Made by a program: the position numbers and the translations under genes
Shown here: positions 1 through 10,612 of the stretch, piece by piece
Layout: the number at the start of each line of letters is the position of its first letter
Numbering within the stretch: position 1 is the first letter of the stretch
The notes under the pieces: generated by a model
What the model was told of the DNA's origin: nothing
Databases searched by the model: none
The model's input: the letters and a program-made list of their open reading frames with translations, nothing else
Source of the DNA: Polyangiales bacterium
GTDB lineage: Bacteria; Myxococcota_A; Polyangia; Polyangiales; JADJQN01
Length of the DNA stretch: 64,000 nt
Direction of reading: 5' to 3'
Assembly (NCBI GenBank): GCA_964202905.1
Contig: CAXNJO010000004.1
Coordinates: 512,001-576,000 of the forward strand

Positions 1-348
1 GCGGTGGTCATTCCTCTGGGACACGCGTCACCGCGTGCCTCGAGCGACGTTACCCGGGAGCTCGGGCGGGCCGCCCTCCGACCGCCGTGTCGCCACGGCG
101 GCTGCGCTCCCCTATTTCGTCTTGCACCGGGTGGGGTTTGCCGTGCGACCGACGTTGCCGTCGGCCCGGTGGGCTCTTACCCCGCCTTTTCACCCTTACC
201 GCGTGGCGCTCGCGCGCGACGCGGCGGTTCAGTCTCTGTGGCACTTTCCTCGGGGTCGCCCCCACGAGCCGTTAGCTCGCACCCTGCCCTCTGGAGCTCG
301 GACTTTCCTCCCGTCCGCGAACGGACGCGCGATCACCCGGGCCGCTCC
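1..348 (-). ncRNA. rnpB: RNase P RNA (type A), 3' end cut by window edge
   Basis: Reverse complement contains the hallmark GAGGAAAGUCC (300-310), GGGCAGGGUG, GAAAGUGCCACAG (236-248), GGUAAGGGUGAAAAGGCGGGGUAAGAGCCCACCG and GGCAAACCCCACCCGGUGCAAG elements; 5' end approximate. Confidence 0.95.
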
Positions 349-442
349 GACGCCGCGCTCATACGGTTCGGCGCCCCCGCGCGCAAGACGACGCCGGAAA
401 CTTGCCCTCCGGATCAGGAGGCATAGCGTCGCCCCCGTCCCC

Positions 443-1723
443 ATGTCCGGATTCCCCGCATCGCGCGCGTCCCTGCGCGTCGCCCTCGTCGCCCTGGCGC
501 TCGCAGGCTGCTCCCCCGGGGGCGGCACGCGCGGTGGTCCCGCCAGGCGCGACGCAGGCACGGATGCGGGGAGCGCGCCCGCCGCGACGACACGCCACGC
601 GGTCACGCAGGCGTCGAGCGAGAGCGCGACGGAACGTCCGACGCCCGCCACCGCGGCCCCGCCGCGCGTCGGCGAGGTCGTCCCCATCCCCGCAGGTCCG
701 ATGCGCGCTGGGAGCCGTCCCGGCGCGCCAGGCCGGGTGCCCGGCACGGAGGCCGACCTCCTGCCCGCGGCGCTGCCCGCCTTCACGATCGATCGCCTCC
801 CGTATCCGAACGATCCCGCCCTGCCCCCGCGCGCCGCGGTCTCGCGCGCCGAGGCCGCCGCGCTCTGCGGCGAGGCGGGCAAGCGCCTGTGCACCGATCT
901 CGAGTGGGAGCGGGCGTGCGAGGGACCGACGAACGACGCCGCGCCGCTCGGCGCGACCTTCCCCGGCGGAGCGACCTTCGACGCCGAGACCTGCGGGATC
1001 GACCCGCTCGCCTGCGCCTCCCCCGAAGGCGTGCTCTCGCTCGGCGCGACCCTCGGCGAGTGGACGGCGAGCGCTGCGCCCCCCGAATTCGGCGCGGCCG
1101 GGCTCGACGCCATCGTGCGCGGCGGCGCGGCGCTCTCGCCGATCGCCGTCCACCGCTGCGCCTCCCGGCGCCCCTTCCCCTCCGGCACGAAGGTCGAAGG
1201 CCTCGGCTTCCGCTGCTGCGGCGGCGCAGACGCGGAGGTCCCCTATCCACGCGTCGCGCGCGCCCGCACCATGTTCGAGGACCGCCCCGCGAACACGGCC
1301 GCATTGCGCCGCGTGCTCGCCGGGGTGCCCGAAGTGGCGCGCTTCGCCGAGCGCTTCGCGCCCTTCGACGCCGACGACGTCGACCGCGCGCTCGGCCGCG
1401 GCGGGCAGACGCGCGAGTCACTCGGCGGCTGGGGCGTGATGGCCGGCGTGCTCGTCTGGTCGCCGGCCGACGGCGAGACGGTGTGGATCGTCGCGGGCAC
1501 GAGCGGGCCGGACTCGCTCGTCGCCGCGCTCCATCCGATGCCGGACGGCACCTTCCTGCACGCAGCGAGCTTCATCCTCGAGAACGAGGCGACCCCCATC
1601 GCGGTCGCGTACGGCGTGACCTCGCAGCGCGAGTTGCTCTGGTCGACCTGCTGGGGCTGTGGCGGAGAGGGCGGCGCGATCACGTTCCGCGACGACGCCA
1701 CGATCGTGATCACGCAGCGCTGA
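443..1723 (+). CDS. Lipoprotein with formylglycine-generating-enzyme (SUMF1/FGE-sulfatase)-like domain plus a C-terminal domain of unknown function
   Basis: ATG 443 in frame of ORF 35..1723; lipobox LAGC; AAALC..GKRLCTDLEWERAC, GEWT, RGG, GFRCC motifs. Confidence 0.75.
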   Translation: MSGFPASRASLRVALVALALAGCSPGGGTRGGPARRDAGTDAGSAPAATTRHAVTQASSESATERPTPATAAPPRVGEVVPIPAGPMRAGSRPGAPGRVPGTEADLLPAALPAFTIDRLPYPNDPALPPRAAVSRAEAAALCGEAGKRLCTDLEWERACEGPTNDAAPLGATFPGGATFDAETCGIDPLACASPEGVLSLGATLGEWTASAAPPEFGAAGLDAIVRGGAALSPIAVHRCASRRPFPSGTKVEGLGFRCCGGADAEVPYPRVARARTMFEDRPANTAALRRVLAGVPEVARFAERFAPFDADDVDRALGRGGQTRESLGGWGVMAGVLVWSPADGETVWIVAGTSGPDSLVAALHPMPDGTFLHAASFILENEATPIAVAYGVTSQRELLWSTCWGCGGEGGAITFRDDATIVITQR

Positions 1724-1759
1724 GCCCGGATCGCCTCCCGATGAGGTAGAACCGCGGGC

Positions 1760-2551
1760 ATGCGCTTCGTGCGAATCCTCCGCGAGGGCCGCCCCGCCTA
1801 CGCCCGCCTGCTCGACGACGCGCGCGCCCAGCTCTGGACGGGCGCGCCCTGGGACGGCGGCGCCGAGACGGGCACGGTCATCGCGCTCGGTGAGGCGGCC
1901 TGGCTCGCGCCGGTGACGCCGTCGAAGATCGTGTGCGTCGGACGCAACTACCGCGCGCACGCCGCGGAGCTCGGCCACGACGTCCCCGCTGAGCCCCTGC
2001 TCTTCCTGAAGCCGCCGACGGCGCTCGTCGGCCCGGGCGCGGTCATCCCGCTCCCCGCCGCGAGCGCGCGCGTCGAGCACGAGGGCGAGCTCGCCGTCGT
2101 CGTCGGCCGCACGCTCCGCGACGCCACCCCGGCGCAGGCGCTCGCGGGCGTGTTCGGCTATGCATGCGCGAACGACGTCACCGCGCGCGACCTGCAGCGC
2201 AAGGACGTGCAGTTCACCCGCGCCAAGGGCTTCGACGGCTTCTGCCCCTGCGGTCCGTTCATCGAGACGGACCTCTCCCCCGCCGACCTGCGCCTCGCCG
2301 TGCGCGTGAACGGCGCGCTCCGGCAGGACGGGCGCACGCGCGACATGGTCTTCCCGGTCGACGCGCTGCTCGCGTACATCTCGGGCGTCATGACGCTGCT
2401 CCCGGGCGATCTCGTCCTGACCGGGACGCCTTCGGGCGTCGGGCCGCTCGTCGCGGGAGACGTGGTCGAGGTCGCCATCGAGGGCCTCGGCGCGCTCGTG
2501 AACCCCGTGGCCGACCGTGCGTCGCATGGCGTCGCTGCGTTACAGGGCTGA
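1760..2551 (+). CDS. Fumarylacetoacetate hydrolase family protein
   Basis: SKIVCVGRNYRAH, LFLKP, EGELAVV, NDVTARD, AKGFDGFCPCGP, GDLVLTGTPSGVG. Confidence 0.93.
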   Translation: MRFVRILREGRPAYARLLDDARAQLWTGAPWDGGAETGTVIALGEAAWLAPVTPSKIVCVGRNYRAHAAELGHDVPAEPLLFLKPPTALVGPGAVIPLPAASARVEHEGELAVVVGRTLRDATPAQALAGVFGYACANDVTARDLQRKDVQFTRAKGFDGFCPCGPFIETDLSPADLRLAVRVNGALRQDGRTRDMVFPVDALLAYISGVMTLLPGDLVLTGTPSGVGPLVAGDVVEVAIEGLGALVNPVADRASHGVAALQG

Positions 2552-2669
2552 CGACGCGCGCACGCGTCCTGCCGCCGAGTCGCGATTCGGACTGCAAATG
2601 CTCGTTTTCCATCGACAAACAGAGGACGTGGACGTGGCACGAAACATGACTTCCGGCGCGCGCCCCCCC

Positions 2670-4754
2670 ATGCGTCCCCGCCTCCTCGTCCCCGCGCTCC
2701 TCCTCGCCGTGGCCGCCAACGCCGGCTGCTACCTCAGCTTCCGCCGCGCGGCCCCCGACGACGCCGGCCCCGACGCGCACGTCGATGGCGCGACGGACGC
2801 GGCCGCAGACGGCGCGCTCGACGCCAGCGAGGACGCCGCGACCGACCTCGGCCCCGACGCTGCGCTCGACCTCGGGACGGATCTCGGCCTCGACGGCGGC
2901 GTCGTCGGCGTCGACGCGGAGCCGCCCCTCGGGCCGCCCCCCGATCCCACGTCGTGCCGCACCACGCCGGCGATCCTCCCCTTCGAGGACCCCGTCCTCG
3001 AGCGCAGCTGGCCCGACGGGACCGTGGTGCACTCGGACGCGCTCAACGTCTGCATGACGCCGCTCGTCATCGACGTCGACCCCGATGGCACGACGGTCGA
3101 GCCCGAGCTCGTCTTCGTCTCGTACCCGACCATCCGGCGCGACGAGCCGCCCGGCATCCTCCGCATCTGGAACCCGAAGACCCGCGATACGCGCAGCTAC
3201 CCGCCGACGGATCTCGAGCAGGGGGTCTTCGAGGCCACGGGCAACCTCGCAGCGGGCGACCTCGACGGCGACGGACGCCCCGAGATCGTCGGACTCGGCT
3301 CGTACTCGGCCACGTACGCCTTGCGCGGGGACGGCACCCTCTTCTGGGAGTCGCCCTACCCGGTCGCGTCCGAGCGCGGCCCGCGCCTCAGCCCGTCGAT
3401 CGGCGGCGGCCCCGCGCTCGCGGACCTCGAGGGCGACGGCACCGTCGAGGTCATCGTCGGCCGCACGGTCCTCGAGGGACTCACGGGCGAGCGGCGCTTC
3501 ACCGGCCCCGTGGACGCAGGCCGCGGGCACAACAACACCTTCCTCGGGCCTCTCTCCTGCGTCGCCGACCTCGACGAGGACGGCGTGCAGGAGGTCATCG
3601 CGGGCAAGACGGCCTACCGCGCGAACGGCGACGTGTTCTGGACGACCGACCACCCCGACGGCTTCTGCGCGATCGCGGACGTGCTCCCGGGCGACCCGGG
3701 GGTCGAGGTCGTGCTCGTCAGCAGCGGCTACCTTCGCCTCCTCGACAACCTGACGGGCCGAGAGCTCTGGGTGCGCGACCTCGTCGGGCGCGTGCGCGAC
3801 AGCATCGGCGGCGCGCCCACCGTCGCGGACTTCGACGGCGACGGACGCCCCGAGATCGGCGTTGCGCACGGCAACGCCTACGGCGTCTACGACATCGACT
3901 GCACGGCCGTCGGCGCCGGCTGCGCCGATGCCGGGCTGCGCTGGCAGAGTCCGACCAACGACGATTCCTCCGCGGGCACCGGCTCGAGCGTCTTCGACTT
4001 CAACGGCGACGGCGCGGCCGAGGTCGTCTACAACGATCAGCAGTACTTCCGCGTGTACGACGGCACGACGGGCCGCGAGCTCTTCCGCCGCAACAGCAGC
4101 TCGCGCACGCGCACCGAGAACCCGACGATCGCCGACGTCGACAACGACGGCGACGCCGAGATCGTCTTCGGCTCGAACAACGAGGCCTTCTTCATCCGCG
4201 ATTGGTGGACGGACGCGGGCCTCTTCATCTGGGGCGATCGCCGCGGCGCGTGGGTCGGCGCGCGGCGGATCTGGAACCAGCACAGCTACCACGTCGGCAA
4301 CGTCGCGGAGGACGGCACCATCCCGCTCCGGGAGGAGCCCTCCTGGCGCGCGACGAACAGCTACCGCCAGAACCTGCGCGAGGGCGCCGACGTGCTCGTG
4401 ACGCCGGATCTCTGGGGCGGTCGCGGGAGTTACGTCTGCGGCGACGGCGGGCGCGCGATCACCCTCCGCGTGAACGTGCAGAACTACGGCCTCGAGCGCA
4501 TCGGAGAGGGGGTCGTCGTGTCGTTCTGGCGCGGCGCACCGGGCCGCGGTGGCGAGCGCCTCGGCGAGGTCGCGACGACGACGCGCCTCGAGCCCGGCGG
4601 CGCCGAGGGCGTCGCGCTGACGGTCCCGTGGGCGGCCCCGGTCGTCGACTACTACGCGGTGCTCGACGATCCGACGGAGCCGGCGAGCGGCAACGTCTCG
4701 GAGTGCCGCGAGAACAACAACGAAGTGCTCTTCTGGCGCCCCGACTGCCGCTGA
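2670..4754 (+). CDS. Exported FG-GAP/VCBS-repeat beta-propeller lipoprotein with C-terminal CARDB-like domain
   Basis: Signal ending NAGC; repeated DLDGDGRPEI, DLEGDGTVEV, DFDGDGRPEI, DFNGDGAAEV, DVDNDGDAEI; RIWNQHSYH; C-terminal ECRENNN. Start could be 2646. Confidence 0.85.
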   Translation: MRPRLLVPALLLAVAANAGCYLSFRRAAPDDAGPDAHVDGATDAAADGALDASEDAATDLGPDAALDLGTDLGLDGGVVGVDAEPPLGPPPDPTSCRTTPAILPFEDPVLERSWPDGTVVHSDALNVCMTPLVIDVDPDGTTVEPELVFVSYPTIRRDEPPGILRIWNPKTRDTRSYPPTDLEQGVFEATGNLAAGDLDGDGRPEIVGLGSYSATYALRGDGTLFWESPYPVASERGPRLSPSIGGGPALADLEGDGTVEVIVGRTVLEGLTGERRFTGPVDAGRGHNNTFLGPLSCVADLDEDGVQEVIAGKTAYRANGDVFWTTDHPDGFCAIADVLPGDPGVEVVLVSSGYLRLLDNLTGRELWVRDLVGRVRDSIGGAPTVADFDGDGRPEIGVAHGNAYGVYDIDCTAVGAGCADAGLRWQSPTNDDSSAGTGSSVFDFNGDGAAEVVYNDQQYFRVYDGTTGRELFRRNSSSRTRTENPTIADVDNDGDAEIVFGSNNEAFFIRDWWTDAGLFIWGDRRGAWVGARRIWNQHSYHVGNVAEDGTIPLREEPSWRATNSYRQNLREGADVLVTPDLWGGRGSYVCGDGGRAITLRVNVQNYGLERIGEGVVVSFWRGAPGRGGERLGEVATTTRLEPGGAEGVALTVPWAAPVVDYYAVLDDPTEPASGNVSECRENNNEVLFWRPDCR

Positions 4755-4801
4755 CCCACGCGCCTCTGGCCCCGCCGCCCGCGCGGGGCCACGATGCGCG
4801 G

Positions 4802-5182
4802 ATGCGCGACCCCGACGCCCCGTCCGACACGCCCCCGCCCGCTGCCGCATCCCCCGCGAGCGAGCCTCCCGCCCCTGCGGCGACCCGCGCCAAAGACGAG
4901 CTTTTCGAGGCCGTCGAGCACGTCCGCAACGCCGCGTCGATCCTCCTCGACCGCGCCGCGCGCGACCCGTCGCTCCGCGGCGCGACGCAAGAGGCCGAGC
5001 GCGTCCTCCACAAGGTGGGCGCGACGGCCGAACCGCTCGCGCGCTCGCTCTTCGGCGAGCTGTCGAAGATCACGCGGCAGGTCGCCGAGGCGGTCGAGGG
5101 CCCCCGCAAGACGGAGTCGGTCCCGCCTCCCCACGACGACGCGGATGACTCGACCCCCCGTGGCGGACGCGCCCCGCGCTGA
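4802..5182 (+). CDS. Hypothetical helical protein
   Basis: Natural-looking tail of ORF 2954..5182 (MRDPDAPSD...KDELFEAVEHVRNAASILL...) with GC3-biased codons. Confidence 0.7.
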   Translation: MRDPDAPSDTPPPAAASPASEPPAPAATRAKDELFEAVEHVRNAASILLDRAARDPSLRGATQEAERVLHKVGATAEPLARSLFGELSKITRQVAEAVEGPRKTESVPPPHDDADDSTPRGGRAPR

Positions 5183-5365
5183 CCCCGCGACGGTCGCGCG
5201 CCGCGTCCCTCGGCAGACAGGCCCTGCGGCCGACGCCACCCTCACCCTCGACGTGCCGGCGGCACGCCGCGCACGCACCGCGGTCGCAGCGCGCCGCGGT
5301 TTGCGTGAGCGGGTCCCCCCGGCAGCACGCACGGGGCGGTCACACGCTTCGTCGGAGCCCTCGGC

Positions 5366-5941
<576 letters not shown>

Positions 5942-6044
5942 GCCCGCCTCCTCTTCCGATCGCCGCGCTCATTCGGCGATCGCGCCCTCAGCCGCCCACC
6001 ACCGACCGTGCGCCGCGCCTCGCCCGCGCGACCCCGGCCACCGC

Positions 6045-6560
6045 TCACACCGCCGCGTGCGCCATGCGCGCGCGGATCGACAACCGACGCTCGACGGCCT
6101 CGAGCCGCCGCATCAGCTCCGCCGCCAGCCCCCGGACCTCGGTCAACTCGCGCGCGCCGGGCTCGTCCGGCGGCCCGCCCTGCGCCCGCTCTTCGCGCGC
6201 CTTCTCGAGACCCGCGAGCACCCGCTCGATCTGGCGCTCGAGAGCCTCGATGTCACCGCGGACGAAGAGGAACTCCCGCTGGATCTCCTCGATCGTGAAC
6301 CCCGAGGCCATGAGCCGCCGGAGCTGGTCGATCTGCCGCACCACCGCCGCGGGATAGAAGCCCTGCGACCCGCGGTGCTTGCCCTTCATGCCGACGCGGT
6401 GGCTCCGCGGCAGCAGGCCGACCTGCACGTACTTGCGGAAGGTCGCCTCGGTGAGCCGCTCGCCGTGCTGCGCGAAGAGCTCGACGATCTGCTGGACGCT
6501 CAGCCCGTCCGGGTGAGCCCGCTCCACCGCCTGGAGCTTGTCGTCCGACCAGCCGTCCAC
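6045..6560 (-). CDS. MerR-like winged-HTH transcriptional regulator
   Basis: GTG at 6560; TEATFRKYVQVGLLP..., FY...IDQLRRLMASGFTIEEI followed by a coiled coil. Confidence 0.8.
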   Translation of the reverse strand: MDGWSDDKLQAVERAHPDGLSVQQIVELFAQHGERLTEATFRKYVQVGLLPRSHRVGMKGKHRGSQGFYPAAVVRQIDQLRRLMASGFTIEEIQREFLFVRGDIEALERQIERVLAGLEKAREERAQGGPPDEPGARELTEVRGLAAELMRRLEAVERRLSIRARMAHAAV

Positions 6561-6631
6561 CGCTGCCCCCGCCGCGCCGAAAAATCGTCGATAACTTCGC
6601 GCGTGGAGAGACCATCTCTCGACGCCGCGCG

Positions 6632-6661
6632 AATGTATTCTTTTGAAGAGAATCGCGTCAA
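6632..6661 (-). promoter_or_regulatory. sigma70-type promoter (TTGACG-18-TACATT) with palindromic operator in the spacer
   Basis: -35 at 6656-6661, -10 at 6632-6637; near-palindrome ATTCTTTTGAAGAGAAT at 6637-6653. Confidence 0.65.
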
Positions 6662-6819
6662 TAAAAACGTGCGCGAAAAGTTGACCCGCCCTTCCCAACT
6701 TTTTGTCACACCACCGAAAACGACATGTTTTCAGGGGCATACACGGCGTCGTGCGCGACGGCGGGGCGATCGAAAATTTTGATTTGCGATCGGAGGGGCC
6801 TCGGGAGCACGCTGCGGAC

Positions 6820-7158
6820 GTGCGTCGCGCCCCCTCCGCCCCCCCCTCCCGTGCCGCCCGCTGCGCGCCCGCCGCGCTCCTCGCGGGCGGGCTCGGCGCT
6901 GTCGGGCTGTGGGCGCTCGCGACGGCCGGGTGCGGCGGACGCGGCGACGTGCGCTTCGGGAAGCCCTGCCGCGCCGACTCCGATTGTCAGCGGGGGTTGT
7001 GCGTCGCGGGGGTCGCCGGCGACGCGCCCGTCTGCACGACGAGCTGCGGTGGGCGCAACGACTGCCCCGGCGGCTGGTCGTGCAACGGCGTGACGCAGGC
7101 GAACATCGTCGTGTGCTCGAAGGGGGCGGCGACGCCGTTCGGCGAGGCCGAGCGTTGA
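6820..7158 (+). CDS. Small Cys-rich lipoprotein
   Basis: Hydrophobic segment ending TAGC; C-x5-C-x4-C...CTTSC...CP.GWSC..C pattern typical of myxobacterial disulfide-rich proteins; start uncertain. Confidence 0.7.
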   Translation: MRRAPSAPPSRAARCAPAALLAGGLGAVGLWALATAGCGGRGDVRFGKPCRADSDCQRGLCVAGVAGDAPVCTTSCGGRNDCPGGWSCNGVTQANIVVCSKGAATPFGEAER

Positions 7159-7214
7159 CGCGGGGCGCCCCGAACAGGTAATCCGGCGAAGACCCAAACG
7201 AGGGAGGACGACGC

Positions 7215-8054
7215 TTGACCGAACCGATCCGCTTCCAAGACGTCCTCCTGCGCGGCGTGCGCGTGCGCTACGGCGAGGTGGGCGAGGGACCGCCGCTCGT
7301 GCTCGTCCACGGCTTCCTCGTCAGCCACAAGGAGTGGCTGCCGATGGTGCCCTTCCTGGCCGAGCACTTCCGGCTGATCCTCCCGGATCTGCCGGGCTTC
7401 GGCGCGAGCGAGAAGCGCGGCGCGGAGGGCTATCCGTACACGCGCGAGGCATTCGCCGAGACGATCGCGGATCTGATGAGCGCGCTCGGGCTCTCTCGCG
7501 CGCACATCTGCGGACACTCGATGGGCGGCGGGATCTCGCTCACGCTCGCGGCCGACCGACCCGAGCTCGTCGATCGCCTCTGCGTGATCGATTCGATGAG
7601 CTACGAGTTCGAGGCGCCGCTCAAGGGTCGGCTGCCGCAGCTGCCGGTCGTCGGGCCACTGATCTTCAAGCGGCTCTACGGGCGCTCACTCCTGCGCGAC
7701 TATTTCCGCAACGACGTCTGGAGCGGGCACCCCGGCATCGACCTCGGGCGGGTGGACGCCTACTTCGACGACTTCGATCCGCGCGAGGCCCGCGACGCGG
7801 CGTACACCTGCCTCCTGCGGACGGTCGACGTGAAGTCGCTCGTCCCCAAGATCCCGCGCGTCCGCGCGAAGACGCTCGTCGTCTGGGCCGACGACGATCG
7901 GATCATCCCGCTCGCCCTCGGGCAGCGGCTCGCACGCGAGATCCCAGGCGCGCGGCTCCGCATCGTGCCGCACAGCGGCCACGCGCCGAACGAGGAGCAC
8001 CCGCGCACGACGGCGGAGCTCGTCATCGCGCACCTGCTCGACACGGCGGAGTAG
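7215..8054 (+). CDS. Alpha/beta fold hydrolase
   Basis: LVHGF, DLPGFGAS, GHSMGG nucleophile, DD acid, GHAPNEE; TTG start after GGGAGG. Confidence 0.92.
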   Translation: MTEPIRFQDVLLRGVRVRYGEVGEGPPLVLVHGFLVSHKEWLPMVPFLAEHFRLILPDLPGFGASEKRGAEGYPYTREAFAETIADLMSALGLSRAHICGHSMGGGISLTLAADRPELVDRLCVIDSMSYEFEAPLKGRLPQLPVVGPLIFKRLYGRSLLRDYFRNDVWSGHPGIDLGRVDAYFDDFDPREARDAAYTCLLRTVDVKSLVPKIPRVRAKTLVVWADDDRIIPLALGQRLAREIPGARLRIVPHSGHAPNEEHPRTTAELVIAHLLDTAE

Positions 8055-8058
8055 CGCG

Positions 8059-8907
8059 GTGGACCCCCGCGCCTTTCGGCGGTTCCGCAAGAACCGGGGC
8101 GCGCTCGTCGGCGCGGTCCTCGTCGCCTTCGTCCTCGTGACGGCGCTGTTCGGACCGGTGCTCGCGCCGCACGCCCCCGACGCGCAGTTCCCCGACGCGC
8201 TCGACCGCGTCACGGGCCTGCCCGTCGGCGCGGGCGGGCACTACCTGCTTGGGGCGGATCAACTCGGGCGCGACGTGCTCTCGCGCCTCCTGCACGGCGG
8301 ACAGACCTCGCTGTTCGTCGCGCTCGGCGCCACGGCGCTCGCGCTCACGAGCGGGCTGAGCGTCGGGCTGCTCGCGGGCTACCTCGGGGGCCCGGTCGAC
8401 ACCCTCTCGATGCGCAGCATCGACGTGCTGCTCTCGCTGCCCTTCCTGCTCGTCGCGATCGTCGTCAACCGCGTCGTCGACAGCCCCTCCCTGCTCGTGC
8501 TCTGCGGGCTGCTCGGGGGCCTCTCGTGGATGACGCTCGCGCGCATCACGCGGGCGAAGACGATGCAGGTCCGAGAGCTCGAGTTCGTGCAGGCCGCGCG
8601 CGCGCTCGGGATGTCCCAGACGCGCATCGTCGCGCGACACGTGCTGCCCAACGTGGTGCAGCCCGCGATCATCCTCGGCACGACGCTCGTCGCGCAGATG
8701 ATCGTCGCCGAGTCGGCGATGTCGTTCCTCGGGCTCGGCGTGCGCCCGCCCGCCGCGACGTGGGGCACGATGCTCTCGGACGGCGTGTCGATGCTCTCGT
8801 ACAAGCCGCTCCTGATGTACCTGCCGAGCGGGATGATCGCGCTCACGGTCTTCGGCTTCAACCTGCTCGGCGAAGGGCTGCGCGATGCGCTCGATCCGAA
8901 GGTCTGA
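8059..8907 (+). CDS. Peptide/nickel ABC transporter permease (DppC/OppC-like)
   Basis: LLGADQLGRDVLSRL, EFVQAARALGMS (EAA), HVLPN, FNLLGEGLRDALDP. Confidence 0.93.
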   Translation: MDPRAFRRFRKNRGALVGAVLVAFVLVTALFGPVLAPHAPDAQFPDALDRVTGLPVGAGGHYLLGADQLGRDVLSRLLHGGQTSLFVALGATALALTSGLSVGLLAGYLGGPVDTLSMRSIDVLLSLPFLLVAIVVNRVVDSPSLLVLCGLLGGLSWMTLARITRAKTMQVRELEFVQAARALGMSQTRIVARHVLPNVVQPAIILGTTLVAQMIVAESAMSFLGLGVRPPAATWGTMLSDGVSMLSYKPLLMYLPSGMIALTVFGFNLLGEGLRDALDPKV

Positions 8908-10612
8908 GGCGCGCGCGACCCTTTGCGTCCTCGCGACGCTCGGCGCGCTCGCGGCGTGCGACGATCCGCGCTCGGGGCCGCGCTTCGCCGGGGCCCGCGG
9001 GGACGACGCGGCGCCGCGGCGCGGCGGGACGTTCGTGTTCCACCACGAGAGCGACGTGCGCGGCTTCGATCCGCACGTGGCGTTCGACGAGCTGTCGAAC
9101 ATGGGCATCAAGCTGCTCTTCGACGGCCTGCTCGACTACGACCACGAGTTGCGGCTCATCCCGCGGCTCGCCACGGCGCTGCCGGAGGTGAGCGCAGACG
9201 GGCGCGCGTTCACGTTCCACCTGCGGCACGACGTGCGCTTTCACCACGGTCGCGAGCTCGAGGCGGAGGACGTCCGCTGGAGCCTCGAGCGCATGCTGCA
9301 CCCCTCGACGGCGTCGCCAGGCGTCGCGTATTTCGCGCAGCTCGAAGGGCTCGACGACTACACCGCGGGGCGCGCGCCGCATGTGCGCGGCATCGAGGTG
9401 CTCGACCGCTACACCGTCCGCTTCTCGCTGCGCGAGCCCGACCAGACCTTCCTCAACGCGGTCGCGATGCCGTTCGCGGCGCCCGTCCCGCGCGAGCGCT
9501 ATGGGCCGGACGCGGTCGAGGTCGCGCGCCATCCCGTCGGGACGGGGCCGTACATCCTCGAGGAGTGGGAGCCGGGGATCCGCGTGACCTTCCGGCGCAA
9601 CCCGCGCTACTGGCAGCCCGGCAAGCCCTACGCGGATCGGCTCATCTACGAGTTGAACCTGCAGCGCGAGACGGCGTTCATGCGCTTTCTCTCGGGCGAT
9701 CTCGACCACGTGCACCGGATGACGCCCGCCGATCGGCTCTTCCTCGGGCAGAACGCGGCGTGGGCGCCGTACCGCGAGCGCAAGGCCGACGCGGATCTCT
9801 GGGGACTCGAGATGAACACCGAGCTCCCGCCCTTCGACGACGTGCACGTGCGCCGCGCGGTCGCGTTCGTGATCGATCGCGAGCGCTGGTCGCTCGCGCG
9901 GAACCGCGCCCTCGCGCCCCTCGGCCAGGCGCTGCCCGTCGGCTTCGCGGGGCACGACCCGCAGCTGCCGGAGACGCAGGTCCGCGATCTCGCCCGCGCG
10001 AAGGCGGAGATGCGCCTCGCGGGCCACGCGGACGGCCTCCCCGAGCCCGTGACGCTCTGGATCGGTGAGGGCCCGACCGGCAAGGCCTACGGCGAGCTCG
10101 CCCAAGCGAACCTCGCGGAGATCGGCATCCGCGTGGAGCTCAAGCCCGTCTCCTTCCCGATCTACCTGCGCGAAACGGGGCGTCCGCGCACCGCGCAGAT
10201 GATCTTCGGCGGCTGGTCGCAGGACTTCCCCGACCCCGCGACGTTCTTCGATCCGCTCTTCCACTCGCGCGCAGCGACGCCGACGGACTCGACGAACCGC
10301 TCGTTCTACAAGAACCCCACGCTCGACGCCCTGCTCGACCGCGCGCGCTCCGAGCGTGACGCGAGCCGCCGCACGGCGATGTACCGCGAGGCCAACGCGC
10401 TCGTGACGCGCGAGGCGCCCTGGGCCTTCGCGTTCAGCAACATCCGCCTCGAGGCCTGGCAGCCGTACGTCCACGGCTACCGCATCCACCTCGTCTGGTC
10501 GAACTGCTTCCGCGACGTGTGGCTCGATCTGCCGCGGCGCCGGCTCGCGCAGCGCTTCGCCCCGCGCGCGGGCGTCCCCGCGGCGCTGCTGCCCTTCGGA
10601 GGGGCCCGATGA
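8885..10612 (+). CDS. Peptide ABC transporter substrate-binding lipoprotein (SBP family 5)
   Basis: Lipobox LAAC; FDP, FTFHLRHDVRFHHG, PVGTGPY, RNPRYW, PFDDVHVRRAV. Confidence 0.92.
   Translation: MRSIRRSEARATLCVLATLGALAACDDPRSGPRFAGARGDDAAPRRGGTFVFHHESDVRGFDPHVAFDELSNMGIKLLFDGLLDYDHELRLIPRLATALPEVSADGRAFTFHLRHDVRFHHGRELEAEDVRWSLERMLHPSTASPGVAYFAQLEGLDDYTAGRAPHVRGIEVLDRYTVRFSLREPDQTFLNAVAMPFAAPVPRERYGPDAVEVARHPVGTGPYILEEWEPGIRVTFRRNPRYWQPGKPYADRLIYELNLQRETAFMRFLSGDLDHVHRMTPADRLFLGQNAAWAPYRERKADADLWGLEMNTELPPFDDVHVRRAVAFVIDRERWSLARNRALAPLGQALPVGFAGHDPQLPETQVRDLARAKAEMRLAGHADGLPEPVTLWIGEGPTGKAYGELAQANLAEIGIRVELKPVSFPIYLRETGRPRTAQMIFGGWSQDFPDPATFFDPLFHSRAATPTDSTNRSFYKNPTLDALLDRARSERDASRRTAMYREANALVTREAPWAFAFSNIRLEAWQPYVHGYRIHLVWSNCFRDVWLDLPRRRLAQRFAPRAGVPAALLPFGGAR

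Noticed and set aside
4..426. ORF 4..426 and the N-terminal part of ORF 35..1723
   Set aside because: Antisense to rnpB; the real CDS most likely starts at 443
5183..5365. Structured ncRNA (6S-like) between convergent genes
   Set aside because: Hairpins (e.g. about 5272-5307) are expected at this GC content; no family motif recognised. An Rfam scan would settle it
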